DNA of 64,000 nt from Candidatus Aeolococcus gillhamiae. Lineage in GTDB: Bacteria > Chloroflexota > Dormibacteria > Aeolococcales > Aeolococcaceae. Shown one piece after another: positions 50,019 through 58,004 of this stretch. The stretch's first letter is position 1, and each line of letters starts with the position of its first letter. A program made the position numbers and the translations under genes. The notes beneath the pieces were generated by a model. The model searched no databases. It worked only from the letters and a program-made list of their open reading frames with translations, and was not told where the DNA came from. The DNA is taken from contig QHBU01000153.1 of the NCBI GenBank assembly GCA_003244045.1, positions 67 to 64,066 of the forward strand. The letters are read 5' to 3'.

Positions 50019-51758
50019 TCAGTGGGTCTCCGCCGTCGCGGGTGTGATCACCGGGCCGTCGCCCGTCAGCACGCCGTCCACCACGCGGTCGAGTCCGGCG
50101 TGGCGACCGGGCGCGAGGTCGTCGGCCGACATCACTGTCACACGTGGCCGGCTGCGGCCCTCCTCGTGCACGACCTCGAGGAACTGGTGGTAGCGGAAGA
50201 AGAAGAGATACGCGTATCGGCGTGCCAGCTCGGCGATTCGCGCACGCTCTTCGGCCTCCGGCGGTGCAGCGACAGCGGTCTCCAGCGCGCGCCAGTAGTC
50301 GTCGGCAGCGTCGGGATCCAGGGTGAACCCACGCTTCCCGTAATGGGTCTTGGCAGCGCAGATGACGGGAATCCCCTGCGCGGCCATCTCCAGGCCGATG
50401 GTCGACGTGTATACCAGCCCGACCGACGTCATGCCGATCAGCGCGTACGAGCTGACGTCGCTCTCCGCGTGCACCACCCGCACATTGTCGGGAAGGCGTG
50501 CGAACTGGGTGGCGATGTGGTCGGCCATGCGCTCACGTGACACGTGGTTGGCAAGCTTCACCTCGGCGGGATGTACCCGGAGCACCACGTCCACCGATGG
50601 GTTCCGCTGCGCCCAGCGCACGACCTCGACCAGCCATCTGCCCATGGATGGGAACGCGACGTCCTTGTCCTGGATGGCGCTGTCCCAGAGGATGTTGAGG
50701 AAGACCCCCACCACGGGGTGACCGTCGCGCAGGCGCAAACCGGCCCGGATGTCGGCCGCGTCCTCGACCCGCGTCGCCCAGAAGTTGTCGAGGGTTCTTC
50801 CGCCACGGACGCGTTCGTCGAGGTAGGTTTCGATGGTGCGCAGCTGGTCGGCCGTCAGCGCTGTGCCGGCAGCCGCATGCCATGTCGCCTCGCCGGGGTC
50901 GAGGTCGTCTGCACCAGCACGCCAGCGGCCGGCGAGCACCGTGTCGGTGAGGAAGCCCTTTTCGTACCGCGTGACCGGGATCTCACGTCGCGACGCCAGC
51001 TCCGCCAGGATCCGCTCCGGGAAGAACGCGCCGTTGAGGACCAGGATCCGGTCCGGCCGCACCTGGTCGAGCAGCTGCGTGAACGCCTCGCGCAGAACCA
51101 TTCCGCTGACCAGGAATGAGCGGTAGGTCCGCAGGGTCTCCGCGTCGTCGAGCAGAGTGCCGCGCGAGAGGAACCACGCCACCGACGTCCTGACGAACCG
51201 GCCGAGCGCGAAGCTGTCCACCGAGTAGGCGTCGCAGTCGGCCACGGACCGCAGTGCGGCGGTGCGCGCCCGTGCCGTCGCGGTCAGCGCGCCGATGTCC
51301 ACCAGGTCCTTCACGCGGATGGGGTCGAACCCCGCGGCAGCGATGGCGTCGTGCGCGTAGCCTGCGCAGGAGTGGCATGGCATGGGCGGAGCCGCATGCA
51401 CGGGTGCGACGTCGCAGACAGGCAGGCGGCCTCCACACATGGCGAAGACCGGTTCCCAGCCGCGACAGCGCGCGGCGTGGGCGATCGTGGCCTCGGTCAC
51501 CGTGTGCGTGGACCAGCCCCGTGTCGACAGGATCAACAGGCGCCCCACCGCCGCACGGGGCAGCTCGCAGGCTGTGTCGCGCAGCCGTCGCAGGTCGTCC
51601 ATCTCCACCGGTTCGAACGGCGCGGGGAGATGAACGGCGTGCGCGGCGTCGCGGGAGATTCCCCAGCCTTCGCGCAGGAGGATTCGTGCCCGGGGGTGGG
51701 CGTACGACCATTCGCGCAGGCGATCGACCGCACGTCTCTGCAGCGTTGGGCGCGTCAC
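50019..51758 (-). CDS. capsule-polysaccharide-biosynthesis (KpsC/KpsS, Capsule_synth-like) transferase
   Basis: VGVFLNILWDSAI, VVLRVHPAEVK (HP motif) and VGLVYTSTIGLEMAAQGIPVICAAKTHYGKRGFT resemble the KpsS/KpsC family core. Confidence 0.65.
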   Translation of the reverse strand: MTRPTLQRRAVDRLREWSYAHPRARILLREGWGISRDAAHAVHLPAPFEPVEMDDLRRLRDTACELPRAAVGRLLILSTRGWSTHTVTEATIAHAARCRGWEPVFAMCGGRLPVCDVAPVHAAPPMPCHSCAGYAHDAIAAAGFDPIRVKDLVDIGALTATARARTAALRSVADCDAYSVDSFALGRFVRTSVAWFLSRGTLLDDAETLRTYRSFLVSGMVLREAFTQLLDQVRPDRILVLNGAFFPERILAELASRREIPVTRYEKGFLTDTVLAGRWRAGADDLDPGEATWHAAAGTALTADQLRTIETYLDERVRGGRTLDNFWATRVEDAADIRAGLRLRDGHPVVGVFLNILWDSAIQDKDVAFPSMGRWLVEVVRWAQRNPSVDVVLRVHPAEVKLANHVSRERMADHIATQFARLPDNVRVVHAESDVSSYALIGMTSVGLVYTSTIGLEMAAQGIPVICAAKTHYGKRGFTLDPDAADDYWRALETAVAAPPEAEERARIAELARRYAYLFFFRYHQFLEVVHEEGRSRPRVTVMSADDLAPGRHAGLDRVVDGVLTGDGPVITPATAETH

Positions 51759-52507
51759 CCGCGCTTCTCGACGAGCAGGTCAGCGCGGCTGCGCTGCAGC
51801 GGTACGCCCAGCCGCGGCGCGACCCACCGCCAGCGCACTCCGGGCACCTGGCGCAGCCAGCTCTCGATCAGCCGGCGCGACAAGGGCAGGCAGTACCCAG
51901 CCGGCATGCTGCTCGGGTCCGGACGCAGCGGTTGCCGGCGGAAACGGCGGCCGACGCGCCGCGACCCCGTCCACGCTCGTCCGAGAGCACGCTGCAGCCG
52001 CGAGTGGGGGAGGTCCTCGGCGGGCAGGGGCAGGTTGCCGAAGAGCGCACGACCTCCCGGGGCGAGCAGCCCGAGCGCGCCGCGCACGAAGCGCTCGCCC
52101 TCCGCCTCGTCAGTCACGTAGTGCAGCGTGGCGTACACGAGCACGCGGTCGAACGAGCCGAGGTCGCGCAGGTCGTCCCTGGTCACGTCCGCGCAGCGGA
52201 CCACGGCGTTGGGAAGCCTCTCGCGCAGCACCTCGACGGCCTGCGGCGAGATGTCGACACCGGCGTACCGTGCCGCGCGCCGCGCGATGGGCATGCCGAG
52301 CACGCCCGTTCCGGAGCCGAGCTCGACGACGCTGACGCCGTCCGGCTTCAGTTTGGCGATGACGTCACCCACCATCCGCTTCATCTCGAGAGCGGATGTC
52401 GTCGCCGGCCTGGTGCTGGCGACCACCGGGTCCTCGCTCCGGGCGACCAAATCGTGGAGGTCGCGGACGGGGTTCTCGGACACGGCGGGATCGTAGCCCG
52501 CCGCCAC
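51755..52507 (-). CDS. class I SAM-dependent methyltransferase
   Basis: VVELGSGTGVLGMPIARRA..YAGVDISPQAV (motif I / post-I) and LAPGGRALF. Confidence 0.8.
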   Translation of the reverse strand: MAAGYDPAVSENPVRDLHDLVARSEDPVVASTRPATTSALEMKRMVGDVIAKLKPDGVSVVELGSGTGVLGMPIARRAARYAGVDISPQAVEVLRERLPNAVVRCADVTRDDLRDLGSFDRVLVYATLHYVTDEAEGERFVRGALGLLAPGGRALFGNLPLPAEDLPHSRLQRALGRAWTGSRRVGRRFRRQPLRPDPSSMPAGYCLPLSRRLIESWLRQVPGVRWRWVAPRLGVPLQRSRADLLVEKRG

Positions 52508-52510
52508 CGA

Positions 52511-53581
52511 TCAGACCGCCGAGGACGTGTTCGCCCGGTGATCACGGGGGAGCTGCGGCGGCGCTCCACCACCGGTCCGCACCCCACGGGCGGCCTCAGC
52601 CGCGCCCGCCCAGAAGCCGACTCCCCAGGACAGGTGCATGACCGCGAACACGGGGGGCACGCGCACCCGCACCGCTGCCGGTTCAGCGCGGGCCGCCCGC
52701 AGGCCAGCCGCCACGCATGATGCCGCGTAGACCGCGGCGCCGGCGACCACTCGCGGGCGCCCGCGACGCGTGGCGGCCATGAGCGCTGCCGCCGGGAGAG
52801 CGGCCACCAGCGCGGGCGCCGCGAGGTGGTAGGGCCGGATCACCCCCAGGGTTGAGCGGGCCACCCGCACCTTGGCGCGGCCGTACCGGAAGTACTGGCG
52901 CGCCAGGGCGGTCACCGAGTCGCGGACGTGGTAGCGGGTGGGGATGTCTGGGCTGAACAGCACACGGCCGCCGCTGGCTCGGATGCGGTGGTTGAGCTCG
53001 TAGTCCTCGTGGGGCGGATAGGCTTCGTCGAAAAGGCCGACCCGCTCCAGGGCGCTGCGCCGGAAGGTTCCCGGGAAGACGGTGGGGACGTCCTCGGTGC
53101 GCTGCGAGTAGCGAAAGCGCGCGCCGCCGACGCCGAATGGCGACCGCATCGCGCAGGCGATGGCCCGCCCCATGACGTCCCGGCCGGCGCCGTCGGCGCG
53201 ACCGCCCACGTTGTCAGCGCCGCTCTCGAGGAGCAGCTCGACAGAGCGGCGGAGGTGGTGCCGCGTCCACTCCGCGTGACCGTCCTGGCGCGCGATGAAG
53301 TCGCCACAGCTGGCGAGAATCGCGCAGTTCAGGCCGGCGGCCTGGGTGCGGCCGGGGTTGTCGATCAGACGCAGGTTGGGGTGCTGCCTGGCCAACTCCT
53401 CGACCAGGTCGCGCGTGCTGTCGGACGAACCGCCGTCGGCGACGATCACCTCGTACCGGTCGGGAGGAAAGTCCTGGTCGAGCACTGAGGTTAGACAGGC
53501 CTCGATGTACCGCTCCTCGTTGTACACCGGGACCACGACGCTGACGAACGGATACGGCTGCTTCGGACCGTGCGGTTCCAT
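52511..53581 (-). CDS. family-2 glycosyltransferase with C-terminal TM segments
   Basis: VSVVVPVYNEERYIEACLTSVLDQDFP, VADGGSSDST and a DxD region. Confidence 0.85.
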   Translation of the reverse strand: MEPHGPKQPYPFVSVVVPVYNEERYIEACLTSVLDQDFPPDRYEVIVADGGSSDSTRDLVEELARQHPNLRLIDNPGRTQAAGLNCAILASCGDFIARQDGHAEWTRHHLRRSVELLLESGADNVGGRADGAGRDVMGRAIACAMRSPFGVGGARFRYSQRTEDVPTVFPGTFRRSALERVGLFDEAYPPHEDYELNHRIRASGGRVLFSPDIPTRYHVRDSVTALARQYFRYGRAKVRVARSTLGVIRPYHLAAPALVAALPAAALMAATRRGRPRVVAGAAVYAASCVAAGLRAARAEPAAVRVRVPPVFAVMHLSWGVGFWAGAAEAARGVRTGGGAPPQLPRDHRANTSSAV

Positions 53582-53684
53582 GTCGCCCGTTACCGTACGC
53601 TGATCGCGCTGCCGACGTGCGGTCCGGGCCGGGTGCTACGGTGCGGCCAGCGCGCGTCGGACGCCTCCACATGGAAGTGCGGAA

Positions 53685-54650
53685 ATGCGGACACTGGTCA
53701 CCGGCGGCGCCGGTTTCATCGGCAGCCACCTGGTGGACAGGCTGGTCGAGCGCGGTGACACCGTGGTCGTTCTCGACGACCTCTCCACGGGCCGACGCGC
53801 CAACCTGGCACACCACGCTGAGGGTGGTCCGGTTCAGCGGATCGAGGGGACCATCCTCGACGAGCCCACAGTCGGCGAGCTCGTGGCCGGCAGTGACCGC
53901 GTGTTCCACCTCGCCGCCGCTGTGGGAGTGGACAAGATCGTCCGCGATCCCCTCGGATCTCTCCAGGTCAACACACGCGGCAGCGAGAACGTTATCGCCG
54001 CGTGTGCGCTCAGCGGCCGGAAGGTGCTCATCGCCAGCTCGAGTGAGGTGTACGGCAAGACCAGCCGTGTCCCCATGCAGGAGGACGACGATCGCATCCT
54101 CGGGTCGACCATGGTCCACCGCTGGTCGTACGCTACCGCCAAAGCACTCGACGAGCACCTCGCATTGGCTCATGTCATGCACGGCCTGCGCACGGTCATC
54201 GTGCGCTACTTCAACATCTACGGCCCACGCATGGATCCGCGCGGCTACGGCAGCGTCATGGCCAACTTCCTCCGCCAGGCGACGCGCGGCGAGCCCATGA
54301 CCGTCTACGGAGACGGGTTGCAGACGCGCTGCTTCACGTACATCGACGATTGCATCGACGGCACCCTCCTTGCGATGGAGACCGAGGCAGCGGAGGCGCA
54401 GGCGTTCAACATCGGCAACCAGCAGTCCGAGACGACCATCACCGACCTCGCTCGCATGGTCGTGGCCCTCACCGGAAGCACCTCGACGGTCGCGCACGAG
54501 ACCTACGAAGCGCGCTACGGGCCGGGTTTCGAGGACACCAGGCGCCGCGTCCCGGACGCGAGCCGCGCCACCGAAAGGCTCGGCTGGACCGCGAAGGTGC
54601 GCCTCGAGGAAGGCCTTCGACGCACTCTCGAATCCTGGCCCACGGGATGA
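53685..54650 (+). CDS. NAD-dependent epimerase/dehydratase (UXS/ArnA-decarboxylase-like SDR)
   Basis: MRTLVTGGAGFIGSHLVDRLV, SSSEVYG, YATAKA (Y-x3-K). Confidence 0.85.
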   Translation: MRTLVTGGAGFIGSHLVDRLVERGDTVVVLDDLSTGRRANLAHHAEGGPVQRIEGTILDEPTVGELVAGSDRVFHLAAAVGVDKIVRDPLGSLQVNTRGSENVIAACALSGRKVLIASSSEVYGKTSRVPMQEDDDRILGSTMVHRWSYATAKALDEHLALAHVMHGLRTVIVRYFNIYGPRMDPRGYGSVMANFLRQATRGEPMTVYGDGLQTRCFTYIDDCIDGTLLAMETEAAEAQAFNIGNQQSETTITDLARMVVALTGSTSTVAHETYEARYGPGFEDTRRRVPDASRATERLGWTAKVRLEEGLRRTLESWPTG

Positions 54651-55021
54651 GAAGCCGGCTGACACCGCTGCATGAAGGAGTCGGTGCAACGCACGGCGCG
54701 AGGTAGCGTTGAGCGACGTGGAGAGTGTCAGTCAAAAGCTATAGAGTGCGATCGCGTCAACTGACGCTTGGCATCGGCACTCTGGCGCAAGCAATCGCGG
54801 CGGCCGCCCTTGTGCTTACGGTTCTGTTTTACACATACGTCGGGCGCTACACGCGATATCTCGCTGATGACCACGGATCCGCTTTGGGTGTCCGGATACG
54901 TGGCTTTTGGAACACGTACGTCGCTGAGTACCTCACGCATGACGGGCATTTCGCTGCGACCGCAGCACAGTTGACTGCCGCCGAGCTGCCCGAGCTACCC
55001 CCTGCGAGTTTCCGCACCCGG

Positions 55022-56389
55022 CTACAGCGTGTGCCAGCCGGCGCGACCCCGCCCACCGCGGACGCCGCGCGTGTCGAGCACCAGCGCCGCGTGCTGCCGC
55101 ACCATGCCCCAGTCGATGTCGTCGTGCTGGGTGGTGATCACAACCAGGTCGCTGGCGCCCAGCTCTGTTGGGCTCAGGTCCGCTCGCGACAGCCTGCCTC
55201 CATGGTGCAGCACCAATGAATCGACATGCGGGTCCACGTAGCGCACCTCTGCTCCCTTGGACCGGAGTTTGGCCGCCACGTGCAGCGCCGGCGACTCCCG
55301 AACATCGCCGATGTTGGGCTTGTAGGCGACGCCGATGAGCAGGATGCGCGAGCCGCGCAGGCTCTTGCCGGCGTCGTTGAGGACGTCGGTGGCGCGCTGC
55401 ACCACGTAGTCGGGCATGCCGCGGTTGACGTCGTCACCGAGGTCGATGAAACGGGTGCGGTACTCGAGGTTGCGCATCTTCCACTGCAGGTACGAAGGGT
55501 CGACCGGGATGCAGTGTCCGCCGACACCAGGGCCGGGGTAGAAGGGCATGAAGCCGTACGGCTTGGTGGCGGCGCTCTCGATCACCTCCCACACGTCAAC
55601 GCCGAGCCGGCGGCAGATCATCGCCACTTCGTTCGCGAATCCGATGTTCACCATGCGGAACGTGTTCTCGAGAACCTTGACCATCTCCGCCGTGGTTGCG
55701 TCGCTCACCGGGACGACCGTGTCGACGATGGTCGCCAGTGCCAGGCACGCGATCTCGGTGGAGGTCGGGTCGACGCCGCCCACGATCTTGGGGGTGGTGC
55801 GCAGCGTGAACCGCGTGTTGCCCGGGTCGATGCGCTCGGGCGCGAACGCCACGAAGACGTCGCGACCGATCACGAGGCCGGAGCGCTCGAGGATCGGGCG
55901 CAGCACCTCCTCGGTCGTGCCAGGGTAGCTGGTGCTGGTCAGCACCACCAGCTGGCCGGGACGCTGACCGGGCACGAGCGCCTCCGCGGCCGCCCTGATC
56001 GCTGAGATGTCGGGCTCGCGTGTCTCGCCGAGGGGCGTGTGTACGCAGATGTCGATCACGTCGAGGTCACCGGCCGTGGCGAGCGATGTGACCGCGGTCA
56101 GCCGATCCTTCTCCCGCGCACGCCGCAGGTCGGCGGCGATGACGTCCTCGATGTAGCTGTCGCCGCGTGTGACCGCCGCGCATCGGTTCGCGTCGGTGTC
56201 GACACCGACCACGGTGAACCCGGCCTCGGCGTACGCCACCGCTGTGGGCAGGCCGACGTAACCCAGCCCCACGATCCCGATACGGGCGGTGCGATCGCGG
56301 ATCCGCTGGACGAGCCGATCGCGCACGCCGCTGTTATCAGCGGGGACGACGCCGCCGACCGGCGCTCGCCTTTCCGCCGGAAGCGTCAT
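55022..56389 (-). CDS. UDP-sugar 6-dehydrogenase (UDP-GlcNAc/ManNAc dehydrogenase-like)
   Basis: Track ORF trimmed to ATG 56389. IGIVGLGYVGLPTAVAYAEAGF, GGHCIPVDP (catalytic Cys). Confidence 0.85.
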   Translation of the reverse strand: MTLPAERRAPVGGVVPADNSGVRDRLVQRIRDRTARIGIVGLGYVGLPTAVAYAEAGFTVVGVDTDANRCAAVTRGDSYIEDVIAADLRRAREKDRLTAVTSLATAGDLDVIDICVHTPLGETREPDISAIRAAAEALVPGQRPGQLVVLTSTSYPGTTEEVLRPILERSGLVIGRDVFVAFAPERIDPGNTRFTLRTTPKIVGGVDPTSTEIACLALATIVDTVVPVSDATTAEMVKVLENTFRMVNIGFANEVAMICRRLGVDVWEVIESAATKPYGFMPFYPGPGVGGHCIPVDPSYLQWKMRNLEYRTRFIDLGDDVNRGMPDYVVQRATDVLNDAGKSLRGSRILLIGVAYKPNIGDVRESPALHVAAKLRSKGAEVRYVDPHVDSLVLHHGGRLSRADLSPTELGASDLVVITTQHDDIDWGMVRQHAALVLDTRGVRGGRGRAGWHTL

Positions 56390-56538
56390 CGGTGACACCC
56401 GTTGTGCATTCGGCTCCTGCTGGAAGAAGGGATGGCGGCCGTAATCATAGGGGTGGCTCGGCGCACCACCCGCGCGGGCGGCCGTCGCCAAACGGTCGCG
56501 GTCAACACGTTCGGGCGCGGCGGGGTACTCTTGGCTGG

Positions 56539-57942
56539 ATGATCGTCCACGAAGCGGACGCCCCGGCTGCACCCGCGAACGCTCTGACGGCAGAGGTGGC
56601 GACCCGTCGCCGGGGAATTCTCGTTTCCGAGCGCAAGCTGCTCCTCGCGGTCGGAGATGCCCTCCTCGTCGCGGCAGCCCTGGTGGTCGCGTTCAACCTC
56701 CATTCCGGTCCGATCCAGCATGCCGGCCTGTCCATCCCATGGCTGGGTGCGGGAACGGTCACGGCGATCTGGCTGGCGGTGGCGTTGATGGTCGACGCCT
56801 ACGACCTGCGCGCCGCGGTCAGCGTGCGAGCGATCTTCCGCGTGGTCGCGACGAGCGTCGCCGTCAGCAGTGTCGTGCTGCTCGTCGTGTTCTTCGCGGT
56901 GCCGTACGGGGTGACGCGGCCGACCATCCTCATCTGGCTGCCTCTCGCGGCGTTCGCCGTGCTGTGCTGGCGCCTGCTCTATCGCCGGGTCTTCGCCCGC
57001 GCGATCTTCGCCGGCCGCATCATGCTGATCGGCGACACCGACACACGCGAGCGCATCTGGCCGCAGATCGACGGGCACATGGCCGGGCTGTACGAGACGG
57101 TGGGCAGCCTTGATCCCGCGGATGCCGGCGCAGGCGCGCGCCTTGGCGCCGCGGCCACACGACGGGAGGCGGACATCATCGTGCTCGGTGCGGACGAGGA
57201 GATCCCAGAGTCCCTGTTCGCCGGCCTGGTCGACTGCTACGACAACGGCATGGTCATCCGCTCCCTGGCCGACCTGTATGAGGAGCTGACCGGGCGGCTG
57301 CTCGTCGATCGGCTCGGACAGGGCTGGCTTCTCTCCCTGCATCAACGCAGTGAGACCTCGCGCCTCTACCGCCTGTTCAAACGATGCGTCGACATCCTCG
57401 CCGGGCTCGTCGGCGTCGTGCTCCTCGCCCCGCTTCTCGCGATCGTGTGGGTCGCCACACGCGTCGAGGACCGCGGTCCTCTGTTTCACAGGCAGTCTCG
57501 CGTGGGTCAGTACGGGCGGCCGTTCCAGATCCTCAAGCTGCGCAGCATGAGAGTCCGACCCGGCCAGGAGTTGCGCTGGACGGAGACCGAGGACGCACGC
57601 ATCACACGGGTCGGCGCCGTCCTGCGCCGCCTCCATCTCGACGAGCTGCCCCAGGCGTGGAACATCCTGCGCGGCGACATGAGCCTGGTCGGTCCCCGAC
57701 CCGAGCAACCTCACTACGTGGAGACGCTGCGTGACAGCATCGCGTACTACAACACGCGCCTCTCCGTGCGCCCGGGGCTCACGGGCTGGGCGCAGGTCAA
57801 CTTCGGCTACGGCAGTGGCGTCGACGGCGCGCGTGTGAAGCTCTCGTACGACCTGTACTACATCAAGCGGCAGTCGGTGGCGCTGGACGTGCTCATCATC
57901 GCTCGCACGGTGCTCGCGGTCGCCACGCTCAGAGGCCGCTGA
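56539..57942 (+). CDS. polyprenyl-phosphate glycosyl-1-phosphate transferase (WbaP/bacterial sugar transferase family)
   Basis: Track ORF trimmed to ATG 56539. N-terminal TM block. KRCVDILAGLVGVVLLAPLL, QILKLRSM, LDELPQAWNILRGDMSLVGPRP, RPGLTGWAQV. Confidence 0.85.
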   Translation: MIVHEADAPAAPANALTAEVATRRRGILVSERKLLLAVGDALLVAAALVVAFNLHSGPIQHAGLSIPWLGAGTVTAIWLAVALMVDAYDLRAAVSVRAIFRVVATSVAVSSVVLLVVFFAVPYGVTRPTILIWLPLAAFAVLCWRLLYRRVFARAIFAGRIMLIGDTDTRERIWPQIDGHMAGLYETVGSLDPADAGAGARLGAAATRREADIIVLGADEEIPESLFAGLVDCYDNGMVIRSLADLYEELTGRLLVDRLGQGWLLSLHQRSETSRLYRLFKRCVDILAGLVGVVLLAPLLAIVWVATRVEDRGPLFHRQSRVGQYGRPFQILKLRSMRVRPGQELRWTETEDARITRVGAVLRRLHLDELPQAWNILRGDMSLVGPRPEQPHYVETLRDSIAYYNTRLSVRPGLTGWAQVNFGYGSGVDGARVKLSYDLYYIKRQSVALDVLIIARTVLAVATLRGR

Positions 57943-58004
57943 GACCAAGCCCAAGTCGACGGCTGGCATAATGCCCGCGTCCTGAGCCTCCGCCTCTGCG
58001 GAGT

